Positions 42,384 to 54,031 of a stretch of 64,000 nt of DNA are shown here, piece by piece (the first letter of the stretch is position 1; each line of letters starts with the position of its first letter). The stretch is taken from the NCBI GenBank assembly GCA_964016885.1, contig OZ024760.1, forward strand, positions 10,106,001 to 10,170,000, in the 5' to 3' direction. This DNA comes from Eledone cirrhosa (lineage: Eukaryota). Both the position numbers and the translations under genes were made by a program. Below the pieces are notes generated by a model. The model made no database searches. It was given only the letters and a program-made list of their open reading frames with translations, and was not told where the DNA came from.

Positions 42384-42673
42384 CATATATAGAAAGAGTG
42401 AGAAATAGAGAGAGAGAGAGAGAGAGAGAGACGCCCCTACATAACCCATACCTAACTCTCATCTTTACTCAGCCAGTGGATAGATTTATTCTGTATAAGA
42501 GTTTTCTATAGTATTGCTTTCCATGTTACTCTGTTTATGGTGAATTGTCCTGTTCCACTACCAATACTGTGTGTGAGTGTGTGCAGTTTAGATATTGGTA
42601 AACCTGAGAGAGGCCGGGTGTGCCAGCTAGTGTTCTATAATACCACGAGACATCGAATGGGGATAGGAGGAAA

Positions 42674-42862
42674 TAATTGTTTCTACTTTTGGCACAAGCC
42701 CAGCAAATACCCAGTACATTACTGGTACTTTATTTTATCGACCTCGTAAGCATGAAAGGCAAAGTTAACCTCGGCGGGATTTGAACTCAGATCGTAAAGG
42801 GACGTAACGCTATGCTGGAAAGCATGTCCGACCCTCTACCGACTCTGCCAATCCACCGCCTT
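42674..42862 (-). mobile_element. tRNA-derived SINE with 15-bp TSD
   Basis: ggataggaggaaata at 42661 and 42865. Confidence 0.88.
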
Positions 42863-42884
42863 TAGGATAGGAGGAAATAGTGTT

Positions 42885-43200
42885 GCGCTGTCGTAGACTT
42901 TGGAACCAATCTTCTTTCACGTTTTCTCAACAACTCCCGTATAACGGGCAAATTCCTTTCATGTCCATTTCTATGAGGGTCTTATATATTTCTCCATGGC
43001 TCCTTTGTACACCCTGATTCTGTCTCTCTGGTTGTAGCCAGAGAACTGCATGCGATTGATGAAGTGTTGGCTGTGTCTTTCCATTTCAGTTGGATCGCAC
43101 ATGCGGCACACTTTCTTCCTCACTCTTCTTATGGCTTTGGTCCATCCATTTCCATCTTCCTATGGGAGTCGTTTTAGCCATTGAAGTTATGGGGAGGTGG
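42885..43200 (-). pseudogene. Penelope-like RT C-terminal relic
   Basis: Manual translation of the minus strand gives HFINRMQFSGYNQRDRIRVYKGAMEKY...GICPLY, resembling the PLE post-RT region. Confidence 0.55.
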
Positions 43201-43269
43201 GGGGCTACCTCTTATTGGCCTACTGAGGCAGAAACTGCTACGGTCATAATTATTTATGGGAAGTGTTTT

Positions 43270-44252
43270 TCTAAGATTGCAAAAAATGTTCTTGGTATTT
43301 GTCCCTAGACAAACACTTCCCACCTAACCATAAATATCACCGCTTTAACCATTAAACTATCCTATTCTACATCTGCTAATCTACAGCAGAAAATACGTGC
43401 TATGAATCTCTATAAATGCAGGATGGCTGAGGATACAACCATAAATCACCCACCACAAGTTTACAGAACTAGTCTTGCACCTAAAATTACTCACAATGTA
43501 AACCAAAATACATCCAATAATACTAACTACACATCCACAACCGTCATAGTACACACTACTCTGGGTCAAGTTAATGATTTATGCAGCAATCATCAAGATC
43601 TGGTAATCTCCTCAACTGGTCACATTATAGAATATGCACCCGCAACCAGCCCAGCACCGACTAATCTAACACAAACAAACCTAACAATTCTATACCCACA
43701 TTACCATCCTTAGGTAGTCACACTACCAACGAAGTGAGACCAATATAACCGGCGATTCCATTAGTGAAAGTAACAATAATAATAGTAATAACAAAAACAA
43801 TAATAGTAAATTACGCAACAAATGGATGTAACTTTAGGATTAAAACCAACTGCCCCCTTAATGGCAACTGCTTGATTAGCAGTATAGTATATAAATGTAA
43901 GGTAAAATCTAAGGACTCTACGCAATCATACATAGGAGCTACCTCTAACTCGTTCAAGTCAAGGTTCTATTCCCATAACCATTCTTTTAAAAATATTAAA
44001 TTAGCTAACACCACCTCACTAGCGGAAACTATTAACAATTTTAAAATGAAAAATATATCATACAACCTAGATTGGAGTATCCTTAAAAGAACTAACTGGT
44101 ATTAAGGTGAAAGAAGGGAGTGCCAATTATGTTCTCAGGAACTGTTCCAAATAATGAAACCCAAAGATAGGTTACTAAATAAAAAGCAAGAATTAATTAT
44201 TTCATGTAATCATAAAATCCTCAAAACGTTTAAATACTATAAACCCACATAA
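43270..44252 (+). pseudogene. Penelope-like element C-terminal region with GIY-YIG endonuclease relic
   Basis: CNFRIKTNCPLNGNCLISSIVYKC..YIGATSNSFKSRFYSHNHSF..WSILK..(stop)..CQLC..LNKKQEL..C.H is a typical PLE endonuclease pattern. Confidence 0.85.
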
Positions 44253-44903
44253 TACGTGAAATCACTTCAGTCATAACTAGTTTCTTCAAATAAGCAAGAC
44301 ATAACTGCATATAATGTATTCTTATCAGGATAACTTACATATAGAATAAAGGATGGTTGAGAATTAATTAAATCTGAATTAATCTGTTCCTTAGAAAGTT
44401 GATACCATACTTCCTAATTTCAATAACAATATGGTCTCCCAAACTAATCGAATTAACTTATATTCTAACTAACCAAATTGACTTAATGAGAATCATATAC
44501 TTCTATCTAAACCTTTGTGAATATTTAAAAGCAATGTCCAAATCAGAAATCTTAATCCAACTTTAATTACCATGTATTAATAACTCCTAACCTTGGTTAA
44601 ATGTTTAACCTTAAAATTTTCTTTATATTACTCAATAATTTTTCCAAAGTTAGAGTTACAATTCACCTATAATATGTCTTAAGAATTAACCCAAACAACC
44701 TAGACATTTAGCACAAAATTCTTCCTATATCCGAACTTCATTACCAATCCTAAATCAGTACTTAACTTAAGAAATAAATATTTCTCTTGCTATGTATGTA
44801 TTTGTATATACATATATAACCTCGATTAGGACACAGGATACACTTTCTAAATTGGGTTTTATTAAATATCATTAACTTATATAAAATTTGTTTCTACTTT
44901 TGG

Positions 44904-44950
44904 CATTCCTAATGATTTCATACAAATGAAACAGTTCGAGTCCAGTAGAA
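44904..44950 (+). ncRNA. Degenerate hammerhead, homolog of 53560-53608, 3' of the Penelope GIY-YIG ORF
   Basis: cattc-CTAATGA-tttcatacaaat-GAAA-cagttcgagtccag-TA-gaa, with a G5A change in the core. Confidence 0.5.
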
Positions 44951-45310
44951 GACATTTCTATATATATAATATAGATGCCTATACTGTACCAATGTATTGA
45001 GTACCTTTTTAAACTGTCACTGTCTCTGTCACCACTAGAACAAAAGGATGAAGATGGTCATCTATAAAACATAGCATAATGAGGCTGTTTGTTTGCAAAC
45101 GAATCGAATATTATTCGATATAAAACTCACGAATGCATTTACGTATCCGCTATGTTAGAGCGAAACTAATTTTGTTTATATATATATATATGTGTGTGCA
45201 TGAGTTTCTATGTATATATATATATATGTATGTATGTTTGTGTATTCATATACACATACGCACATACATTAATATATACATATGTACACACATAGATAGA
45301 TAGATAGATA

Positions 45311-45353
45311 TGTTTCTTTGTTAGCCACAGGGGCACAAAAGAAGGGGACAAAT
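45311..45353 (-). mobile_element. Extreme 5'-truncated 3' stub of the Tx1-like family inside a (GATA)n microsatellite
   Basis: Reverse complement atttgtccccttcttttgtgcccctgtggctaacaaagaaaca matches the LINE 3' end at 32749-32791. It could also be the tail of a SINE that shares this end. Confidence 0.65.
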
Positions 45354-45682
45354 AGATAGATAGATAGATAGAAAGATAGATCTAAATGCCCTCATACAGA
45401 TATACGAGGGAGATGCTACGGACAAAACATACATAGCAACATGAAATTCATCATCCTACGTAAATGTACAGACTGTCTGGCGTGATATATTGGGTGTGTC
45501 TGTGAAACCAACAAAATGAAACAAGGTGACCAAATTAATTCCTTATTACCGCCCTTTACTATGGAACTCTCTATTGAAGAAAATTGATAAGCAAAAAATA
45601 AAAAGTGAATATCAACGTAATCTTATTACGTTCGAAATACGTAAATGTACGTGTTTCTGTGTACAGACACAGACACAGACAC

Positions 45683-45743
<61 letters not shown>

Positions 45744-45827
45744 GAGAGAGAGAGAGATGTATATATGTGTGTGTGTCTGTGTATGTTTATCTCCCTCTCT
45801 CTCTATATATATATATACATACACATA

Positions 45828-45883
<56 letters not shown>

Positions 45884-46054
45884 GTGTGTGTGTGAGAATG
45901 TATGTATATATGTTTGTGTGTGTGTGAGGGATAAATACATATATACATAAATACCTAGAGATTTGAGGGAAATGTTACTGCTATTACTATGAAATCAGAG
46001 CCCTATATAGACGGGTCACATACGCCTGCAGCTGTGTAGTAATGGTGTGGTAGG

Positions 46055-48130
46055 CGATGATGATAATGTTTTCTTTATTAACCACAAGGGTTGACATAAG
46101 TATAACATTAAGGACAGCACAGGACGGTTCAAATGGGCATTTCTGCGTGTAAAGAAAAAACAAAGGAAATGACAAAAAAGAAACAAAGGAAAATTCCCCA
46201 ACAAGGGGCAGACTTCCGAGGGACATTCGTGGAGAAAGCCCATTATAAAAGCCTTGGTGACCCTAACCACCAGGGCAAGTGCCCTCTCCTAGTTTTCCAC
46301 CTTCAAGTTACAGGCTCATACTCAGAGCAGGCCCATTAACTCGGGCCATGTCTGCCTCTCTCACCCATCTTTCGAAAAATTGCTGGGAAAAGAGCACTTC
46401 CCTCTCCACCCTGATTTTCCTTTTCAAATGGAGTTTGAAAAAAGTTAATCTGGTTATCACCGAAGAGGTAAGTGCTCATCTTCAGCCCTTTCAAACGCGT
46501 CAACCACACGACCTCTTTCGCCATGACCGCCAGGCAGATAAAAACTGGCTGCCCTTCCCGGCTAAAGGGAAGCGGCGGAGCAATCCTCACGACGGACTCA
46601 GCTGATAGCCGAATCTGTCCTACACATGACAACAGGTGCTCGACATAAACCCACAAATCAGCAATGTTCGGACACTCGACGAGTGCGTGCATGACGGTTT
46701 CGTCGCCCTGCGCGCATCTCGGACAGGCCCTACTGACAACACTTCCATGCCTGAAGAGTTTATCCCAAACTGGCAAAGCTCCTCGATAACATTGCCTGGC
46801 CAGGGATTTCTCGACGTTGTCCATGGGCCCCGGCCCGAAAACTCTCCCGAAAAGATTGGCTAGTTGATTTTCGTCGACGCCAGAGTCTCCTCAAGGACGT
46901 CGTCGCTCTTTCCCTCCACTAACCCTCTCTAGAACGCCAAGGTGGAGTTTCCACAGATCGCATCGCCCGTGGTTGAGGGCTGTGAGCACCTGAAGACATT
47001 CCAGGACCAGGTCTCCTGTTTTGCTCTAATCACCTCGATCACTTTTGTGTCGGCCTCGATGTCGGCGAGGACGGCAGCCATCAGCCAGGGAATTTCAATG
47101 GCCGGTGGTACCTGGATCACCCTTATTTTTACCAGGCTCTGTCCACAGTAGCTTGGGACGAGTATGAACTCGTCACTTTTTAATGGGGCCCTGGAGTGCT
47201 CTCTGGCTTCCTGTGGTGCTCCAAAGAACACGTCCAGGCTTTCATATCTTTGTCCACGTCTGATGTGGGGTTTTTGAGCTCACACATGTCCCAAAGCTTT
47301 TTGGATCTGGGACTTGGATGCCCGCTACACTCGGCGTGTTTTTATATTGATCGTGCGGAATGATACAGTACATAGGCGGCGATGCTCCATGGTATTTGTT
47401 GGTGGGGTGAAGCTGACCCTGTAACCATTTTTCTTCACTATTCGCCTGGCCTCATTCAGTTCTTCCTGGCTTACCTCAATCGTTTCGTTCTCGTTCGCCT
47501 CTTTAGCAAAAAATACATTGGTTTTGCACTGGTGTTGCTGGTGTTATTCTTATTGTTGCTGTTGTTGTTGTTGTTCTTTTTGTTATTATTATTTTTTTGT
47601 TTTAGTTGTTGCTGTGGTGGTGTCAGTGGTGTCGTCGTGGAAGAATCCATTGTGGGAGAATCCATTTTGTTATCACGTGATAATTTGTTTGTTTCAGTTG
47701 TTGCTGTGGTGGTGGTATCAGCTTTAACACCTGTGGACATTAGCAAAGGCGGAAAGTCTACATCTGCAAGTGACAAACCTTGGCAACTGCTGCTGCTGTT
47801 ACCGAAAACGTCATCGGTTCTGGCAATTGTAGCAAGGTTCACAATGGTGGTGGTGGGAGTAGTGTCTGTGTTAGAGCCGCTGTCACGTGACAGCTGGCTT
47901 AATTTGAGGAGGCGTATACCGTCCATGTTTTTTTTTTAGCAAAGAAAAATTGTTTGTTTGACAAAATAAGGTTTAAATTTGGGCTCAAGGCCCCAATATT
48001 ATTGAGTGCCCTTTTCAGAAAGCAATATATGTGAACTTCTAAACCCTTAACAAATATTTTCCATAACTGGAAATTGAAAACAACTGAAAACAACAAACCT
48101 TTAGGAGCTCACGATACAACGTAAGTCGCC
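46055..48130 (-). mobile_element. Internally deleted Tx1-like LINE: 5' UTR/ORF1 fragment joined to the ORF2 C-terminus and 3' UTR
   Basis: ORF 46336-46824 (MDNVEKSLARQCYRGALPVWDKLFRHG..CPRC..DETVMHALVECP) aligns by eye with the C-terminus of the 29-32 kb ORF2. 46990-47930 is ORF1-like (VKIRVIQVPPAIEIPWLMAAV). No EN or RT motifs lie between them. Confidence 0.8.
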
Positions 48131-48503
48131 AATAATAATAATTGTTTCTACTTTTGGGCACAAGGCCAGCAATTATCCCCAGTGAATTACTGGTACTTTA
48201 TTTTATCGACCCCGTAAGGATGAAAGGCAAAGTTAACCTCGGCCGGATTAACTTTGCCTTTCATCCTTCCGGGGCATAATAATAATTGTTTCTACTTTTG
48301 GCACAAGGCCAGCAATTACCCAGTACATTACTGGTACTTTATTTTATCGACCCCGTAATAATTGTTTCTATTTTTGGCACAAGGCCAGCAATTACCCAGT
48401 GTATTACTGGTACTTTATTTTATCGACCCTGTAAGGATGAAAGGCAAAGTTAACCTCTGCGGGATTTGAACTCGTGTAGTTATAATAATCGTTTCTACTT
48501 TTT
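48131..48503 (-). mobile_element. Cluster of 5'-truncated or rearranged SINE copies
   Basis: Repeated attgtttctacttttggcacaaggccagcaatta segments. Confidence 0.8.
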
Positions 48504-49674
48504 ATACAATTTTATTTACATATTCACATATGTAAATAGGCAATCATAGTCACTGTTTCTCTCTCTCTCTCTCTCACTCTCACTCTCTCACTCTCTATCT
48601 CTTTGTTTGTATATATAGAGAGGGGGGGGGGACAAAGCGACTGTATTAGCGATTCTTTGTTTATATATATATGTTTATATTTATATATTTGTTTATACAT
48701 AAATATATATATACATATATGTTTATATATATATTTGTTTATATATATATATATATATATAAGATCAAAAGATGGTTAAAAGAGTTCCATGTATTTTATT
48801 ATGTGCATTTCAATGTATGTATATATATATACATATATGTGTGTGTGTGTATATGTATATATACATATATGTGTGTGTGTGTATATGTATATATACATAT
48901 ATGTGTGTCTGTGTGTATATGTATATATACATATATGTGTGTCTGTGTGTATGTATACATATATGTGTGTCTGTGTGTATGTATATATACATGTGTGTGT
49001 GTGTGTGTGTGTATATATGTGTGTGTATATATATATAGAGAGAGAGGGGGGGGGAGATACATTGTTATACTACATGGTTACTATGTATGTTTATGTATGT
49101 TTATGAAAAGATGGCCGCACCTAGTTAACAACATTCCCCCCGAGACATCGTTGTTAACATATGTAAATCATTGTGGGGAGAGGGGGCAATAGGGGTTCGG
49201 GGAGGGGGTGATAGGGGGAGAGGGGAGAAATGAGGACAGGGGAGATAGGGGGTGGGGTAGCAATAGGGGGAGAGGGGGAAATGGGGGGAGAGGGCGAGCA
49301 ATGGGGGAAAGAGGGAGCAATAGGGGTTAAGGGGAGGCGGTAGAGGGGGTAGAAATAGGGGAGAGGGTAGCAATGGGGGGACAGGGGAGATAGGGGGAGG
49401 GGTGGCGAGTGGGGCAATGGGGGAGCAATAGGGGAGGAGAGAGAGGGGCGAGGAAGTGGAGGGAGCTTGATAGAGGGATCAATCATTGTAGTTGTGATAT
49501 TTCTGCTTTTAGATCGTACGAGACCTCTTACTCTGTATAGAGGAAGGGGGATGCGTGTGTCCGTGTGGTTAGGGTGTTGGACTCACCAACCTTACTTCCT
49601 GGGATCGATTTCTGAACCGGAAGCTGCGTTGTATTCTTGAGCAACACATTTCATTTTGACATTGATTTTCCTGA

Positions 49675-51110
49675 TATGACTTGGAGCCCCTATCATTAAA
49701 ATATCTGAGAAATCTCCTATAAGATACAACCACGTATGATGCCAGCTAACATACACAAATATGAGCTGTAGCAACAACATGAAAGGACTGGAGTCCCCTA
49801 CCATTAAAACACCCAAGAAACCTCCTATGAGATACAACCTTGTAGAAGACCAGTTAAACCCACATATGTGTCAGTTGTAACAACAACATGAAAGGACTGG
49901 GGTCCCCTACCATTAAAACACCCAAGAAACCTCCTATGAGATGCAACCTTGTAGAAGACCAGTTAAACCCACATATGTGTCAGTTGTAGCAACAACATGA
50001 AAGGACTGGGGTCCCCTATCATTAAAACAGCCAAGAAATCTCCTATGAGATACAACCTTGTAGAAGACCAGTTAAACCCACATATGTGTCAGTTGTAACA
50101 ACAACACAAAAGGACTGGGGTCCCCTATCATTAAAACAACCAAGAAATCTCCTATGATACAACCTTGTAGAAGACCAGTTAAACCCACATATGTGTCAGT
50201 TGTAACAACAACATGAAAGGACTGGGGTCCCCTATCATTAAAACAACCAAGAAATCTCCTATGATACAACCTTGTAGAAGACCAGTTAAACCCACATATA
50301 TGTCAGTTGTAACAACAACACAAAAGGACTGGGGTCCCCTATCATTAAAACAGCCAAGAAACACTATGAGGTACAACCTTGTAGAAGACCAGTTAAACCC
50401 ACATATGTGTCAGTTGTAACAACAACACAAAAGGACTGGGGTCCCCTATCATTAAAACAACCAAGAAATCTCCTATGATACAACCTTGTAGAAGACCAGT
50501 TAAACCCACATATGTGTCAGTTGTAACAACAACACAAAAGGACTGGGGTCCCCTATCATTAAGACACCCAAGAAATCTCCTATGAGATACAACCTTGTAG
50601 AAGACCAGTTAAACCCACATATGTGTCAGTTGTAACAACAACACAAAAGGACTGGGGTCCCCTATCATTAAAACAGCCAAGAAATCTCCTATGAGATACA
50701 ACCTTGTAGAAGACCAGTTAAACCCACATATGTGTCAGTTGTAACAACAACACAAAAGGACTGGGGTCCCCTATCATTAAAACACCCAAGAAATCTCCTA
50801 TGAGATACAACCTTGTAGAAGACCAGTTAAACCCACATATGTGTCAGTTGTAACAACAACACAAAAGGACTGGGGTCCCCTATCATTAAAACACCCAAGA
50901 AACACTATGAGGTACAGCCTTTTATGGGGCCAGATAAACCTAGGTTTGTAATAACATATGACTGGAGCCTCTATCATTTAAATATCTTATCAATTTCCTG
51001 TAATACACGATCACGTAGGCGACCAGCTGCACAAGTATGGGCTATAGTAACAGCCACATGATATGACTGGAGACCCTATCGTCTGAGAAACTCCTATAAG
51101 ATGCAAACCC
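49675..51110. repeat. ~107-109-bp tandem repeat with ~10 homogeneous copies and diverged edge copies
   Basis: ggactggggtcccctatcattaaaaca..gatacaaccttgtagaagaccagttaaacccacatatgtgtcagttgtaacaacaac. Confidence 0.95.
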
Positions 51111-51387
51111 TTAAAAGTCTGTCTTAAACCCGGTAGCTCATCGGGCCGCGGCTTATCTCGGTTTCCATGGCGTTAAGAGATTTAGGGTACAAAACTCCCC
51201 CCTGGACAGGAAGCTAGTCTATGACAGGGTTAAATCCCCACCTGTTGTTGGTACTCGTTTTCAGTTGAGTATACTGGAGCAACGTGAAATGAAGTATTTT
51301 GCTCAAGAACACAACACACAACCCAGTCTAGGAATCGAGCCCAATCGCAAGTCCAATACCCTTACCACTTGGCCACGAACCTCCACA
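51110..51387 (-). mobile_element. Second tRNA-derived SINE family (V/Meta-SINE-like body); fragments also at 49550-49655, 53285-53490 and 61480-61683
   Basis: Head gtggccaagtggtaagggtattggacttgcgat, body gtgttcttgagcaa..cttcatttcacgttgct, tail gactagcttcctgtccaggggg..gaaaccgagataagc. Confidence 0.7.
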
Positions 51388-51589
51388 TATATACAACCCC
51401 GAAGGAGGCCAGATAATGAGTTCGATTCACTGTGGTTGTTGTGAATTACTTTTTTCTGTGTCTAAGAGTTAGGATTAGGGTTAGGGTACAACATATATAT
51501 ATATATGTAATAAATAACATATATATATATATATATGTAATAAATAACATATATATATGTATATGTAATAAATAACATAAGATAATTAT

Positions 51590-51660
51590 TTCATTTACCA
51601 AAGGTTTCACGAAGACAGACGAGCTTGGCACATACGTCTGCCTTCAATCATCAGAATGAA
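51590..51660 (-). ncRNA. Type I hammerhead ribozyme with GUA triplet
   Basis: ttcatt-CTGATGA-ttgaaggcagacg..cgtctgtcttcgt-GAAA-cc-ttt-gg-TA-aatgaa. Perfect stem I, 11-bp stem II and 3-bp stem III. Confidence 0.85.
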
Positions 51661-52033
51661 GTGAATTTTATTAAAATGGAAGTGAGATATGGATTTCAAA
51701 AGAGGGTCTAGGAGAAATGAAAGCGAGGCTGAAATAAAATAACGGACATAATGCAAAGAGGAAAAATAAAAAAGATATGCTGCAAATTTTAATTCTGTGA
51801 AATCATGAGTGTTTTGATTATTCATTGCATCACGATTTGCCTACCAGAACTACTATATATATAAAGAATTTGTATATCTACCAACATATGTATACAGATG
51901 CATACCTATGTTGGTAAATATATATGTTTTGTCTTAGTAACTTTGTGGTTCTATGCAAGGGGATGCAGAACAATTATATGAAGGACGTAAATAAGAAAGT
52001 TATGAAAATTTTCATAACTTTCTTATTTACGTC

Positions 52034-52081
<48 letters not shown>

Positions 52082-52111
52082 AGAACAAAAGATGGTTAAA
52101 AGAGTTCCATG

Positions 52112-52182
52112 TATTTTATTATGCGCATTTCAAAAACAAATATCATCATGCAATAATATTTGTGTTTTCATCAGATAAAACA
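52112..52182 (-). ncRNA. Type I hammerhead ribozyme (left arm of fold-back)
   Basis: Reverse complement of 52356-52426. Confidence 0.8.
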
Positions 52183-52355
52183 GGAAGACATGATATGAAG
52201 GTTAAAAAACACTTGTGGATAGTTCAGTTTTAAATCAACATATCATTTGTTGATTTGTTGATTTAAAACTGAACTATCAACATATCATTTGTTCATTTGC
52301 TGATTTAAAACTGCACTATCCACAAGTGTTTTTTAACCTTCATATCATGTCTTCC

Positions 52356-52426
52356 TGTTTTATCTGATGAAAACACAAATATTATTGCATGATGATATTT
52401 GTTTTTGAAATGCGCATAATAAAATA
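52356..52426 (+). ncRNA. Type I hammerhead ribozyme (right arm of fold-back)
   Basis: tgttttat-CTGATGA-aaacacaaatattatt..gatgatatttgttttt-GAAA-tgcgca-TA-ataaaata, with palindromic stem III ATGCGCAT. Confidence 0.8.
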
Positions 52427-52955
52427 CATGGAACTCTTTTAACCATCTTTTGTTCTTATATATTATGTATACTCCAGTCCTACAAACTGTAGAGTGCTTC
52501 TTATCCGATATCTGCATTGCTTTATTGTACTACAATAAAACTCACCTCCTACATTATATATATATTTACATGTGTGTGTGTAAGGTGTATTGGAATATTG
52601 GTGGTGAAGTGGAGGCCATGATTTACGATTCAACCTAAAAATAGCGAGATATTTTCACCTCCTACTGCGGCCCTCGTTCACAGCCCCCACCATTCCTTCT
52701 GATGCAACCCTCCTTGCTGAATTTCTGTTTACAAACACCAGTGTGAATGTTTCTCGGTAGGGGGCAGCACTTTCACATGCTTCAACCAATCAACGGAGGG
52801 GAGAAGCATGAGTTGAGCATACACTTCTTTGCACCGCTAGAGGGCAGCACTTAACCAGTAATGTTCACATACGTTAAGTTGAAAAGTATGCATGTGTTGG
52901 TCTGTATAAGTGTGTGTGTATGTGTGTGTGTGTGTGTGTGTTTCTCTATATATAT

Positions 52956-53004
<49 letters not shown>

Positions 53005-53012
53005 TGTTTCTC

Positions 53013-53064
<52 letters not shown>

Positions 53065-53104
53065 GGAGTGTTTAGATATAGAGAGAGAAACATACAAATA
53101 TACA

Positions 53105-53138
<34 letters not shown>

Positions 53139-53241
53139 AGCACACACAAATACCTACATATGTGTGTGTATGTGAGTGTGTGTGTGTGTGTGTAGATAGC
53201 GAGAGTGAGAGAGAGAGGGGGGGACAATAGCCAAACATACA

Positions 53242-53281
<40 letters not shown>

Positions 53282-53500
53282 CATATGCGTGGCTGAGTGG
53301 TTAGAAAACTGGATTCACAATCTTGAGGTTGTCAGTTCGATTCCTGGACCAGGCGATGCGTTATGTCCTTGAGCAAGACACTTTATTTCACGTTGTTCCT
53401 TCTACCTGGAGTTGCGACCCATAGATAGTATTAGCAATTGGAAAGACCAACGGAAACATTGTTTCCTCGGTCCGATTTGACGAATGTCGATCGACTGTCG

Positions 53501-53544
<44 letters not shown>

Positions 53545-53559
53545 TTTTAATATAGATGT

Positions 53560-53608
53560 GATTCTACAGGACTAGAACTGTTTCATTCTTTAGAAATCAT
53601 CAGGAATC
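53560..53608 (-). ncRNA. Compact type I hammerhead ribozyme
   Basis: gattc-CTGATGA-tttctaaagaat-GAAA-cag-ttctagtc-ctg-TA-gaatc. Confidence 0.7.
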
Positions 53609-53669
53609 TCTGCAATGTATTGAGTACCTTACTTACTGTGGTTACCTCCGATTCAACCCGGAATAACGT

Positions 53670-53694
<25 letters not shown>

Positions 53695-53701
<7 letters not shown>

Positions 53702-53992
53702 ATATTAAATAAATGGAAACTATATTTATAAAACCATATTTATTCTATTATATATATTTCAAGGGTACCAAAATTTTGGTGCGCTTTCATCAGATAAAAT
53801 ACAAAGTTTGTTTTATAAATTTTGACATAACCTTGAAATATATATAATAGAATAAATATGGTTTTATAAATATAGTTTCCATTTATTCCATATCATTGTA
53901 TATTATACTCCAGAAAATCTGTTGAGTGCTCTGAATCAGATATAAACATGTATATTTGTTCAGTTACCAACAAATTGAATATCCCCTTTGCT
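53695..53992. mobile_element. Fold-back element homologous to 517-881
   Basis: Shares aataaatggaaactatatttataaaaccatatttatt arms and the tail, and is flanked by (TA)n. Confidence 0.7.
53741..53801 (-). ncRNA. Type I hammerhead ribozyme, same family as 561-750
   Basis: tattttat-CTGATGA-aagcgcaccaa-aat-ttggtaccctt-GAAA-tatata-TA-atagaata. Stem I pairing is kept despite substitutions relative to 686-750. Confidence 0.75.
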
Positions 53993-54031
53993 TATATATA
54001 TATAAATATACTAATGATTTCCTTCGAATGA

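Larger units (their letters stand above)
52072..52554. mobile_element. Fold-back element (~170-bp arms plus tail) in (TA)n; probable non-autonomous Penelope derivative
   Basis: Arms ~52072-52240 and ~52298-52466. Partial homologs at 1644-1706, 1779-1882 and 48760-48813. Confidence 0.7.

Noticed and set aside
53285-53350. tRNA-like sequences (also 4410-4472, 39645-39715, 49550-49620, 57683-57715)
   Set aside because: They are SINE heads with A/B boxes but no complete cloverleaf, and they continue into SINE bodies or are truncated.
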